Shown: positions 47,406 to 57,190 of the stretch, piece by piece | Position numbering within the stretch: position 1 is the stretch's first letter | How the letters are laid out: each line of letters opens with the position of its first letter | IMG/VR virus record: IMGVR_UViG_3300021431_000100 | Location: 1-64,000 of that record | DNA length: 64,000 nucleotides | From: a virus | Taxonomy: Duplodnaviria; Caudoviricetes | Reading direction: 5' to 3' (one strand) | Made by a program: the position numbers and the translations under genes | Notes under the pieces: generated by a model | What the model was told of the DNA's origin: nothing | The model's database searches: none | Seen by the model: only the letters and a program-made list of their open reading frames with translations

Positions 47406-48519
47406 GAAGAAGAAAGAACCAAAAGATTTTAAAACTGAAACTGAACATGCGATTAACAAGTTGGTTAAGGCTAATACTTTTAAAAAGATGTTGGCAAATG
47501 ACTGTTTTGACTCTACAATGTTTGCAACCCACGTTTCAAAGTTTTTGCATACTAAAATTAGCTTAAATAACGTTGCCAATTTGTTTGATGATTCGGTTGC
47601 AGATAATCGTGATTATTTATGTACTGCAAATTCGGGTTATAGTGACCCTGATATTATTTTTAATGGAGCAACCGTTAAAGCTATGCTTGCGACATTTTTA
47701 TCATGTGAAATTACATATAAAGATGCACAAGGAGTTGAGAAGATTGTTACCATATTGCAGTTATTAAAAGACGATTACAAATATTTACGTGACGCTATAA
47801 CATATTTGATTGACGAGAATTATCTTTTTGTTGTGGACGATTATGACGATTTTCGTAATAAGGCGTTGAGTTGTGTTAAAACTCCTATGCCTATAAATTC
47901 TAGCCCATTGAACAATCAGATTTATTTCCCTGTTGCTGAAAATGACTATGTTTTGCTTGACCCTATTCCTTCTACTGTACTTTTTAAAGAGGTGCATAAT
48001 AAGTTAAAAAATGTAAAAAATGTTTCAAAAATTCGTTATGCTATGGGTAGCGATAAGTGGAGAAACACAACCACGAGCAAGATTGTTACCAAAACAGGCG
48101 ATTTCGTCACGAGAGATATGTCTGCTAATTATATGTTCCTTACTTTGCCCCCACAAAGCTTGTTGAAAAAGAATAAGCGTAAGGTAATTTATCCAAAATT
48201 TAATGTGGAAAATATGCAAGGTGTACAGAACGGAATGCTTATTGATGACACTTTGCTTGATACAATTTGTAAAGAAGGTCTGAGAGGTCGGGCTACTGCC
48301 AAGGCTGAACGTGCAGAACGTGACGACAGTGTTAAGAGAAACTTTTTGGAAAAATATGGTTGGAGTGTAATCCCCAACGGATATGAAATTCATCATATTA
48401 TCCCAATTTCTCAAGGTGGAGCAGATGCAGTAGAAAACATGATTTTGTTAACAAAAGCACAACATGCAATTATTACTCGTTGCCATTCTGCATATTTTGG
48501 GTGGCACATGAGGGTGTAA
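47398..48519 (+). CDS. cas8f: Cas8f (Csy1) with a C-terminal HNH nuclease (Cas8-HNH), 373 aa
   Basis: ATHVSKF.H, DI..NGA and NQIYFPV..NDY.LL.P.PS..LF (Csy1 N-terminal domain), then EIHHIIPISQGGADAVENMILLTKAQH (HNH). ATG 47398 overlaps the cas6 stop. Confidence 0.85.
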   Translation: MAKKKKEPKDFKTETEHAINKLVKANTFKKMLANDCFDSTMFATHVSKFLHTKISLNNVANLFDDSVADNRDYLCTANSGYSDPDIIFNGATVKAMLATFLSCEITYKDAQGVEKIVTILQLLKDDYKYLRDAITYLIDENYLFVVDDYDDFRNKALSCVKTPMPINSSPLNNQIYFPVAENDYVLLDPIPSTVLFKEVHNKLKNVKNVSKIRYAMGSDKWRNTTTSKIVTKTGDFVTRDMSANYMFLTLPPQSLLKKNKRKVIYPKFNVENMQGVQNGMLIDDTLLDTICKEGLRGRATAKAERAERDDSVKRNFLEKYGWSVIPNGYEIHHIIPISQGGADAVENMILLTKAQHAIITRCHSAYFGWHMRV

Positions 48520-48531
48520 AAGGAGGCAACT

Positions 48532-49350
48532 ATGGGGAAGTATGTTTTGATTGACGGAGTAGAAATTTTTGGTGCGAATGCATTTCATCGCATTTGTGTA
48601 GGTACTCCAGCTATGACAGCGTTAATGGGCTTTGTAGAAAAGTTGAAAAATGAACTGAGGGAAGAATATAATAATCCTGCCATTAATATAGAAGCGGGAT
48701 TTATTATTAATGATTATTGGCTTGACGCAGTTAAGGACTCAAAATATAAGTCGCTTCACATGAACGCAAAGACTGTAGAATATTATCGTGGTGACAGTAA
48801 CCATTCACAAAAAAAGATTTTGAGTTGTCAGTCAGTGTCTAATCAGGCGTATATGGATTTAAACATGTCGTTTCTTTTAAAAATTGAAAATTTGCAAATT
48901 ACCAATGACGTAACATGTTTTATTAAAAATATAGTTGAAACTTTGCGTGTTGCGGGTGGTAAAATTACAGAAGTTGACGACGTGTTTGAAATTGAAGACC
49001 TTCAAGACGTAGAATGGGGTGGACGTTTTATTACCTGCGAACAACATGCTTTGAATGAAGCAGAGGGTGACAATATGCTTGACAAGATGATTAAAGCTTG
49101 TCAGGATGATTATAGACTGAAAGTAATTCCTTATGGATATAGACAGGAAACCCCGTTTCGTTTAAATGTTAAAAATGTACGAGAAGAAAATGTACCACAT
49201 TGTTTTGTTGAATCAATTTATACATTGATTAAATTTAAACATATTTCTGAAATTGAAAGCATTGATGAGCTTTGGTGGCATTATGAATATCGTGAAGGTA
49301 GCAACAATGATGGTATTTTCATTTGTACACAAGAAAAATCAGTTGAATAA
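48532..49350 (+). CDS. cas5f: Type I-F Cas5f (Csy2)
   Basis: I.GANA...I.VG.PAMTALMGFV..L, LRVAGG.I and FVES.Y.L. AGGAGG RBS. Confidence 0.85.
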   Translation: MGKYVLIDGVEIFGANAFHRICVGTPAMTALMGFVEKLKNELREEYNNPAINIEAGFIINDYWLDAVKDSKYKSLHMNAKTVEYYRGDSNHSQKKILSCQSVSNQAYMDLNMSFLLKIENLQITNDVTCFIKNIVETLRVAGGKITEVDDVFEIEDLQDVEWGGRFITCEQHALNEAEGDNMLDKMIKACQDDYRLKVIPYGYRQETPFRLNVKNVREENVPHCFVESIYTLIKFKHISEIESIDELWWHYEYREGSNNDGIFICTQEKSVE

Positions 49351-49366
49351 ATTGCTAAAAAAAATA

Positions 49367-49396
49367 TTGACAAACACTCTTTAATTAACATATAAT
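49367..49396 (+). promoter_or_regulatory. Promoter upstream of ssb
   Basis: A-tract, TTGACA-18-TATAAT. Confidence 0.7.
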
Positions 49397-49461
49397 ATTT
49401 TATGTCAGGAATATTAAACAATTGCAGTGACAATCAATATTCGCTGACATAAAATATTATA
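49391..49461. repeat. Long inverted repeat between cas5f and ssb
   Basis: TATAATATTTTATGTCAG (49391-408) is the exact reverse complement of 49444-461. The stem extends inward with GAATATT/AATATTC. Confidence 0.85.
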
Positions 49462-49558
49462 GCTACATTGACCGAGTTGCCACACATGCACTACAGCTAA
49501 TATAGCATATCAAGCAAACTAGGTACAATGTAATACAGTTAATGGAGGTATTTTATTT

Positions 49559-50215
49559 ATGTCTACCACTACAAGTTTTAACATGGATTGGGGCGACGTT
49601 CAGACAGGAAGCTCCAAACAGGCAGATTTTATGAAGTTGAAGGATGGTGTAAACCTTCTTCGTATCGTAAGTAAGCCATCTCAGCTTGCATTGCATTGGG
49701 AAGCTACTACTGACGGTCAGCGTAAGAAGATACTTTGCACAGGCAGTTCTGATTGTATTCTTTGTGAACATGGTTCTCGTGCTACAAGACGTTTTCAGTT
49801 CCTTGTAATTGACAAGAATGAGAATTGGGACGCACAGAAGCAGGAATACACAGGCGAGCCAAAGGTAAAGATTTTCGAGACAGGTGCTTCCGTAGTTAAA
49901 CAGATTCAGGACTATGCTAATGACGTTGAATATGGCGACCCTGAGAAATACGATATTCGTATTAAAAAGGAAGGTACAGGTAAGGACACTCGTTATTCTG
50001 TACTCCCTTCTCGTAACTCTAGTGAGCTTACCGACGTTGAGAAGAAAGCAGTAGAGGAAGCTCCAACAATTGAGAGTTTGAACAAGATTCCGTCCAAGAG
50101 TGAAATCCTTGATATGCATCTTGCCATTCTTCAGGGCGTTGGCAATGACAGTTCTGCTCCTTCTTCCAAGTCCACTGAGGACGACGGTTGGGGCGACGAT
50201 TTCGACAACTTCTAA
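49559..50215 (+). CDS. ssb: Phage single-stranded DNA-binding protein (gp32-like)
   Basis: FMKLKDG...RIV, ILC..C..C, KIFE.G..V.KQI, YDIRIKK.GTG.DT.YSV and acidic tail DDGWGDDFDNF. Confidence 0.7.
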   Translation: MSTTTSFNMDWGDVQTGSSKQADFMKLKDGVNLLRIVSKPSQLALHWEATTDGQRKKILCTGSSDCILCEHGSRATRRFQFLVIDKNENWDAQKQEYTGEPKVKIFETGASVVKQIQDYANDVEYGDPEKYDIRIKKEGTGKDTRYSVLPSRNSSELTDVEKKAVEEAPTIESLNKIPSKSEILDMHLAILQGVGNDSSAPSSKSTEDDGWGDDFDNF

Positions 50216-50356
50216 TAAATAAAATGAAGCGTTACATTAAGAATTTCTTAGTGTAACGCTTTTTTTGTAAATGCAAAAGAAACGACAAAATCAATTAACT
50301 GATTTATTATTTTTTTTATATAATATACATATCATATAGTGAAAAGAGGAAAAACA

Positions 50357-51070
50357 ATGAAAGTAACATTACTTACACATACTCCCGAACCTGAGAAGGT
50401 AATTGCGTGTGCAGCAAAACTTTGCTATTCTTCTAAGGTGGATATTGATTCTTTAATGGATTCACTTACTCCCGAATCTACAGAAAAATTTGTAAGGAAG
50501 CTTGTTTCTTTGGGTCATCAGTCTCCTTTAGAGCATGTATCTTTTACTTTTGCTCTTGAAGGTGTATCTCGTTCTTTTTTGGCTCAGATAACTCGTCACA
50601 GAGTTGCTTCTTTTTCTGTTCGTAGTCAGCGTTATTGCAATGAAGGTGAATTTGAAGCAGTAGCTCCAATTAAAATCAAGAACAATAAGGAAGCAAATGA
50701 GAAGTTTGAGACTATTATGAATAATTTACACGAAGAATATAATAATCTTCAGACTGAGTTTGGTTTGCCAAATGAGGACGCACGAGCAATTCTTCCAAAC
50801 GCTTGTGCTACAAGAATGATTGTTACTATGAATGTTCGTGAATTGTGGCATTTCTTTAATGAACGTTGCTGCAATCGTGCACAACATGAAATTCGTATGG
50901 TTGCAAATGAAATGCTTAAAAAGTGCCGTGAAGTAGCCCCAATTCTTTTTGAAACTTCGGGTGCTAAATGTGACAGTTTAGGGTATTGTCCCGAGGGTGC
51001 AATGTGTTGTGGCAAAGCTCCAACAATTGAAGCAATTATGGAAGTATATAATAGACAAGTAGGTGAATAA
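50357..51070 (+). CDS. thyX: FAD-dependent thymidylate synthase
   Basis: GHQSPLEH, QITRHRVASFSVRSQRY (RHRxxSxxxxSxR) and AQHEIR. Confidence 0.95.
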   Translation: MKVTLLTHTPEPEKVIACAAKLCYSSKVDIDSLMDSLTPESTEKFVRKLVSLGHQSPLEHVSFTFALEGVSRSFLAQITRHRVASFSVRSQRYCNEGEFEAVAPIKIKNNKEANEKFETIMNNLHEEYNNLQTEFGLPNEDARAILPNACATRMIVTMNVRELWHFFNERCCNRAQHEIRMVANEMLKKCREVAPILFETSGAKCDSLGYCPEGAMCCGKAPTIEAIMEVYNRQVGE

Positions 51071-51073
51071 ATT

Positions 51074-51325
51074 ATGTGGGAATTTGCTATGAACCATTGT
51101 ATAGTATTTTTATGTTGTTTTTATATAATGTGCTTGTTGCTTGAATCTGCATTAAGATGTATTGCTATTTTGGTAAGAGGTTATCCTAAGAATGATGAGG
51201 ATGGGAAAAATATACTAAAAAAAAGTTCTTTAAAACCTGATACTTCTTCATGCCGTAATAAAGATTGCGATAAATGTGAAGATAGATATGATTGTAATCC
51301 AAACGTAGGAAAAGACGAACCATAA
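51074..51325 (+). CDS. Small membrane protein with a Cys-rich tail
   Basis: Hydrophobic N-terminus, then CRNKDCDKCEDRYDC. Confidence 0.5.
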   Translation: MWEFAMNHCIVFLCCFYIMCLLLESALRCIAILVRGYPKNDEDGKNILKKSSLKPDTSSCRNKDCDKCEDRYDCNPNVGKDEP

Positions 51326-51405
51326 AAATAAAAAGCTGTTGGATAATGTTTCTAACAGCTTTTTCTATTCTATATTTAGAAAGACTAGTAGAAAGGATTT
51401 TGTAA

Positions 51406-54400
51406 ATGGCGAATATTTCTAAATATGTATATTCTTCTTTGATTACAGAGAATGGTTATTTCCCGTATGTATATAAAGACGAAAATAATAAAATATATTC
51501 CATCATGGTAATGAATGACGGTAAAGATACTTGGCTTAATTTATACACCTCTGAAAATGAGGGTGATAGTTGGGAACAAGATACTGATTTACCTTTAAAC
51601 GAAGATTGTACCATGTATTCTCCAAGATTGTTTGTTAAGGACGACGTAATATATGTATTTGCTCATGGCAAAAGTGGGGCTAAAAATGCAATATATTTTA
51701 TTCGTAAATTTTTAAATCTTAAAGACGACGGTAATAATCCAATTGACCCGTTTTGGGAAGAAGAATGGACAAAATTAATATTTGATAGTTCCAAACATTG
51801 TCGTATTACAGATTTGCGTGTAGACGATTCGGGTTATTATGCTTATATCATATATGATAAAGAAACTGATAAACAAACTTATGAAACTCGTTTGAATGTA
51901 TTTTCTTTGACGGATTATGAAATTAAAATGGACGTATCTGTAAATGAGAATACTAAAATTAATCAGCATAATGGTAAAGCAACTCTGTTAAATAATAAAA
52001 TTATTGGTATTTCTTGGGAAATGCAAACAGTAAGTGTTTACGACAGCAAAACTTATCAGATTGCATACAGACAATTTGATATTGTTAATCAAGAGTGGTC
52101 AAATACCATTATATTGAGTGAGGACGAAAAACATAATAATTATCATCAGTCAATTACACATGACTCAGCCAATAATGTTTATGTAGCTTGGTTAAATACA
52201 CAGGAAACAAATACCGACGGTTCTTTATCTTACTTCAAAACTAGCAAAATTCAATATGCAACCGTTACTAATGCAGAAAAAAGTTCTTATGAGACAATTT
52301 CAACAGACGCAAAGGAAAATGAATATCCTTATTTAGTATGCGACGAAAATGATAGTTTGTATATTGTTTTTGCTTCTCAGAATTATGTACAGTATTTTAC
52401 TAAAAAAATAAATACTGACGAATGGGTAGAAATTAAAAATGTCCACCAAAATGATTGGAAATTATTGGTTGGCTTTTGCTATGATAACAATTTATATACT
52501 ATTATCCGTAAGGATAATGAAATATACATGGTTCGCATTGATACTCTTTTGGCTGAAGATTTTCAGCCTGTTAGAGATTTTCAAATTGCTGACGTAAACA
52601 ACAAAGAAATTTCTTTTGTTTGGACAGCAGTTCGTAATGCAGAGGATATTAAATTAGAAGAATTGGTTGCTGATACAGCTAAATGGAATTGGTTCAAACC
52701 TAACACTACCGCAGGAGTAACAGCAGATACAAATACCGTATATTGCGTTGGGTTAAATGCCAATAAATTATATGCTTTTAAGCTACTTTATAAAGTAACT
52801 ACAGATAAGAAAACACACACAATTTATTATCCAAAGCGTCTTATAACACAACACGACGCAGATGAAAATTATCAGTTTAAATGGGAAGTCCCTGCGAATA
52901 CAACCTCTCAGGAATTATATATCGCAGAAGAATTGTGGCAAGAAACTATGGATATTGCCAATGACGCTTCTGAGTGTGTTTTGCCATTTGATAATCAAGC
53001 AACTAGTTTTAGATTGAATATCACAGGTGGCATGGCAGAAGGATATTCCAATGAAGTTTCTCCTTTAACAATTGATTTGGATAATCAAGATTATATCTTG
53101 TCTTGGTCGCCATTTAAGAACGCTGATAGCGTTAAGGTGCAACAAAGTATTGATATGATGAACTATTATCCTGCAAAAAATGAAAATATACCACCACAGT
53201 CAAGCAGTTATCGTATTGATAAAGTTAACGACGTAACATATAGTTATAGATTAATTTATCATACTGATAAGGATAATTATAGTAATGTTGTAACTTTGAC
53301 TAATAATTTAAAAGTTTTAACAACTGACTATGATAAGGTAATAGTTCAATGGACAGCTATGGAAAATGAAGAAAAAACATTGTTCCAATTGACAACTGAC
53401 GAAGGAAATCGTTGGGAAACTTTTAATTATCTTATTGACGATAACATTGCAAAAATTAATCAGCTAAAGTACAATACTGATTATTGGCTGAGATTGTATT
53501 TTCCTAATCGGTTTAGTGGGAAATATTCTAATATTGTTAAATTTACTACAGAAAAATATCCGATTAAAAAATTTGATATTCTTGAAGCTAATGATATAAA
53601 CGCAATTATGAGTTTTGTCGTGTCTAAAGAATATGGTGATATTGCGGTAGTATATGTAGATACTTATGGCGAGACTAGAAATTCTGTTTTGCTGAGTACA
53701 TTTAATATTGTTGCAAAAGAACAATTAAGTTCACAGGTTACAAATTCTTATTATGAAGAAGAAGTAAATGCTTTGGAAAAACGTATTACTTTAAAACTTG
53801 TAGGATTGAAAAAAGGAACATTCTATAAAGCCCAAATTCAATGTGTAAATAGTGATTGGGGCAACAGTGATATTTTAGAATTCAAAACTTATGGTGAAAA
53901 TCCACAGGGATTAAAGTTGGTTTCAGCAGATAAACATTCTGTTAAACTTAAATGGAACACTTTAGACCGTATAACTGCTGATAATGTTGCAGAAATGGTG
54001 TTCATTGAATATTCTCGTGACGGCATAGAAAAGAATATAGTCCCTGTACTTGATTTGTCACAACCGTATGAATTAACTAATCTTATGCAAGATACTACTT
54101 ATATGGTAAGGTTAATTTGTAATTATGGTGATAATGAAGGTGCTTCTGAAACTGTTGTCGTTAAAACTCAGGAAGATTTGTTTGCTCCGATATTTGGAGA
54201 GAGAAACAATAATGAGTTATGTATGTGTGTCAGCAAGAAAAATAATATAGCTTACATTTTTGATAAGGGTAAGTTATATACTTATAATATGTCTGATAAT
54301 TCGCAACAATTAATAATTGATTATAATATCAGTGCCAACCATATATATGGTGATATTGTCGAAGATAAAAATGGTTATATTCATTTAGTGTTTACTTTCG

Positions 54401-55620
54401 CTAAGGCAGTGTATTATGTTACTAATTGCAAAGAGAAAAAGGCAGATGGTACAATTATTACACATGAATTAACCGAACCAATTATTGTCAGCACAAATCC
54501 TTTAATTAACGAGTATTTATATCCTGATATTGAAATGGATATGGTAAATAATGTTTTGTATATGGCATGGCAAGAAAATTATGGATATTATTCAAACATT
54601 GTTATGACAGAATATCGTAATGGGTCAGCTTTGTTGGACGAAACGATTACTGTTTTGAATAATGGATTACATAATAATATTCCTAAGATTAAATTGCTTC
54701 CAATGGGCGGGTTTGTTATTTCGGCTATAGATAGTGCTGATAGATTACAATTGTTTACCGCTACGGTGGACAATGACTATACTTCCCCAACTTTCCAAGA
54801 AATGTATTTTGATACTAAAGTATTGGAATTAGACAATCCTTATACAGAAAATTATAACAATTATGATATGTGGATTGATAATCTTGGCGGGATTAGAATT
54901 TTCTATGATTCTATTAATGTAAATAATGATAAATGTTCTACTTATGCTACTTTGGTAGACGACAAATTTAACATTGAAACGGTTTTTCATGACGGTATGA
55001 ATGATACAAGTGTATACGCTTATGACGAATTAATTTTGATTGGTAAGAGTGGCAATAAAGTATTTACCTCTAAATATTTAAGTAATTTGACAACATTTAG
55101 TGATATTAATGAAGAAGAATTTACAGTAAATGATTTTAGACCGTTAGTTACTTGTGCAGATGATGATTATATTTATGTATTGAATATGGAAAATGGATTG
55201 TTTAAGGTTTATAGTATTGAAGTAGACAAGATTATGAATAAGAACAATTACGTTTCCAATATTTGGATAGATAATTATATGGAATTGCAGGATGAAGAAT
55301 TAGAAGTAGACCTTGCTACATGGACAAGTGGCGACCCTAGTAAATATCCACAATTTTTCATTCGTGTTAATGGATTAATAAAAGAAATTACTCCATTAGA
55401 TGAATTTGGCGAACGAGAAAATGAGAATGTAAAATTTAATGCGTTTGAGTTTGTTGAATTGAATGAAGAAAACGAAGAAATTTTACGCAATGTGGTAAAT
55501 GAAGATACAAAACTTGTTGTTAAGATTTCTTATAATTCAAAAGATATTATTATGGACGTAACAAACATGCTTTATTACACTTGGGATAATACAACTATGA
55601 TAAATGTCCACGATAAATAA
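51406..55620 (+). CDS. Large virion-like protein with beta-propeller (BNR-like) and fibronectin type III-like repeats
   Basis: YTSENEGDSW Asp-box and repeated V.L.W.........Y.V.L FN3-like units, 1404 aa. Confidence 0.55.
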   Translation: MANISKYVYSSLITENGYFPYVYKDENNKIYSIMVMNDGKDTWLNLYTSENEGDSWEQDTDLPLNEDCTMYSPRLFVKDDVIYVFAHGKSGAKNAIYFIRKFLNLKDDGNNPIDPFWEEEWTKLIFDSSKHCRITDLRVDDSGYYAYIIYDKETDKQTYETRLNVFSLTDYEIKMDVSVNENTKINQHNGKATLLNNKIIGISWEMQTVSVYDSKTYQIAYRQFDIVNQEWSNTIILSEDEKHNNYHQSITHDSANNVYVAWLNTQETNTDGSLSYFKTSKIQYATVTNAEKSSYETISTDAKENEYPYLVCDENDSLYIVFASQNYVQYFTKKINTDEWVEIKNVHQNDWKLLVGFCYDNNLYTIIRKDNEIYMVRIDTLLAEDFQPVRDFQIADVNNKEISFVWTAVRNAEDIKLEELVADTAKWNWFKPNTTAGVTADTNTVYCVGLNANKLYAFKLLYKVTTDKKTHTIYYPKRLITQHDADENYQFKWEVPANTTSQELYIAEELWQETMDIANDASECVLPFDNQATSFRLNITGGMAEGYSNEVSPLTIDLDNQDYILSWSPFKNADSVKVQQSIDMMNYYPAKNENIPPQSSSYRIDKVNDVTYSYRLIYHTDKDNYSNVVTLTNNLKVLTTDYDKVIVQWTAMENEEKTLFQLTTDEGNRWETFNYLIDDNIAKINQLKYNTDYWLRLYFPNRFSGKYSNIVKFTTEKYPIKKFDILEANDINAIMSFVVSKEYGDIAVVYVDTYGETRNSVLLSTFNIVAKEQLSSQVTNSYYEEEVNALEKRITLKLVGLKKGTFYKAQIQCVNSDWGNSDILEFKTYGENPQGLKLVSADKHSVKLKWNTLDRITADNVAEMVFIEYSRDGIEKNIVPVLDLSQPYELTNLMQDTTYMVRLICNYGDNEGASETVVVKTQEDLFAPIFGERNNNELCMCVSKKNNIAYIFDKGKLYTYNMSDNSQQLIIDYNISANHIYGDIVEDKNGYIHLVFTFAKAVYYVTNCKEKKADGTIITHELTEPIIVSTNPLINEYLYPDIEMDMVNNVLYMAWQENYGYYSNIVMTEYRNGSALLDETITVLNNGLHNNIPKIKLLPMGGFVISAIDSADRLQLFTATVDNDYTSPTFQEMYFDTKVLELDNPYTENYNNYDMWIDNLGGIRIFYDSINVNNDKCSTYATLVDDKFNIETVFHDGMNDTSVYAYDELILIGKSGNKVFTSKYLSNLTTFSDINEEEFTVNDFRPLVTCADDDYIYVLNMENGLFKVYSIEVDKIMNKNNYVSNIWIDNYMELQDEELEVDLATWTSGDPSKYPQFFIRVNGLIKEITPLDEFGERENENVKFNAFEFVELNEENEEILRNVVNEDTKLVVKISYNSKDIIMDVTNMLYYTWDNTTMINVHDK

Positions 55621-55702
55621 AAATAAAAAGACCTGTTATATTAACGGGTCTTTTTCAATACAATATATAGAGAAAATAAAATTAGAAATTAAGGGGGAAA
55701 TT

Positions 55703-56260
55703 ATGTATTCTTTCGACGAGTATTTCAACAAATGTTCCGATAAACACAATTGTAGATATTGCAAAGATACCGAGGATAAGCTAAATGCACATGCACAAAA
55801 AATGGCAACCGCAAAAGCAAAAGAAGCTCATCATAAAATCGACTGTTTTAATGAAGAAAAACGCATTATGACAGGGTTATTAGGCGAGAAAGCATTGGAA
55901 CATGTTTTGGGTATAGATATTATTGATTATACAATTGGTAATTCTAAAAACTATAATGTTCCTGATATATCTCAGTACAATATAGGAGTTAAAACAGTAG
56001 AATACGGCAAGTTCCCTGTTATTTTTAAGAACAACAGTTATCCACAAATTATTTGTGTTGTGGATAAATCCAAAAAAGCAGTTTATGTTTTGGGCTTGGC
56101 AACTGTAGACGTGCTAAATAAATATCAAAGTGAAGATTTAATATTAAGTCCATATCTTCGTGCTAGAGGAACAAAGACAGGGTTCTATGGATTAGACAAA
56201 TTAATACCTATTCATTCAATTGAAGATATATTAAAATATAAACAAGGGGCGGTGGCATAA
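55703..56260 (+). CDS. Hypothetical PD-(D/E)XK-like nuclease
   Basis: GLLGEKA...PD....IGVKT pattern. ATG 55703 with GGGGG RBS. Confidence 0.4.
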   Translation: MYSFDEYFNKCSDKHNCRYCKDTEDKLNAHAQKMATAKAKEAHHKIDCFNEEKRIMTGLLGEKALEHVLGIDIIDYTIGNSKNYNVPDISQYNIGVKTVEYGKFPVIFKNNSYPQIICVVDKSKKAVYVLGLATVDVLNKYQSEDLILSPYLRARGTKTGFYGLDKLIPIHSIEDILKYKQGAVA

Positions 56261-56520
56261 TGAGCGATTTAGAAGAAAAGTTACAAGAAATCTTAATTTC
56301 TTTAAACAATACTTTTGACGTTGAAATTCAAGAACAAGGTGACGATGAAATCATCACACAGCTTATTCTTAAAAATCTAAAAAATGACGGTTCTGAATTT
56401 CTTGAAAAGTTTATCGGTTTCTTCTCTCCGATTGTAGAACAAATGACCGACGGGAAGAAGGAAGTTGTTTACGAAGAAGGAACAGGATTAACCATTAGGC
56501 GAATTGACATTGATGAATAA
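56260..56520 (+). CDS. Small acidic hypothetical protein
   Basis: Translationally coupled (TAATG) and closed by a bidirectional terminator. Confidence 0.55.
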   Translation: MSDLEEKLQEILISLNNTFDVEIQEQGDDEIITQLILKNLKNDGSEFLEKFIGFFSPIVEQMTDGKKEVVYEEGTGLTIRRIDIDE

Positions 56521-56548
56521 AAAAAGCACCCAAATGGGTGCTTTTTTA

Positions 56549-57160
56549 TTAACTGAGAAAACTTTTCATTTTTAAAATTGCTTTTCCTCTATGACTGATT
56601 TGATTTTTTTCTTTTGTTGAAATATCTGCCATTGTTTTTTCGTAATTATAATCTGATAAATAGAAAATTGGGTCAAAAGAAAAACCGTTTTTCCCATGCG
56701 GAACATTTTTAATCATGCCTGTACAAATTTCTTCGACGGTATAATCTTGTTCTTTTTTTGGGTCATAGAGGGAAATAGCACAGTGGTATTTTGCTGTAGA
56801 CTGTGTAAATCCATTGTTTTGCATCATGCAAAGAAGGACATGATTTTTGTCATTGTCATTTGGATTTGGATTAAATACACTCATTGCAAAACGATGAGAA
56901 TAGATACCAGGTTTGCCGTTAAGACAGTCTACGGTCAATCCACTGTCGTCAGCAAGACAAATTTCTCCAATTATATTTGCATAAGATTTTGCTTTTAGTA
57001 AAGCATTTTCTTTGAATGTTTTTCCGTTTTCTTCTACTTCGGGAATTTTATTGGGGAAAAAGTCTTTCAAAGAAACCACTTCTATATCAATATCTTTAAA
57101 TGCTTCTTGAAACTCTTTAATTTTACCTGCGTTTGTTGAAGCAATTACAATTTTTTTCAT
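56549..57160 (-). CDS. rdgB: Non-canonical purine NTP pyrophosphatase (RdgB/HAM1)
   Basis: ASTNAGKIKEF, ENALLKA, ADDSGL, PGIYS, GFSFDPIF and SHRGKA. Confidence 0.93.
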   Translation of the reverse strand: MKKIVIASTNAGKIKEFQEAFKDIDIEVVSLKDFFPNKIPEVEENGKTFKENALLKAKSYANIIGEICLADDSGLTVDCLNGKPGIYSHRFAMSVFNPNPNDNDKNHVLLCMMQNNGFTQSTAKYHCAISLYDPKKEQDYTVEEICTGMIKNVPHGKNGFSFDPIFYLSDYNYEKTMADISTKEKNQISHRGKAILKMKSFLS

Positions 57161-57190
57161 AAAAACCTCTTATTTTTGTTGTTGGTGATA

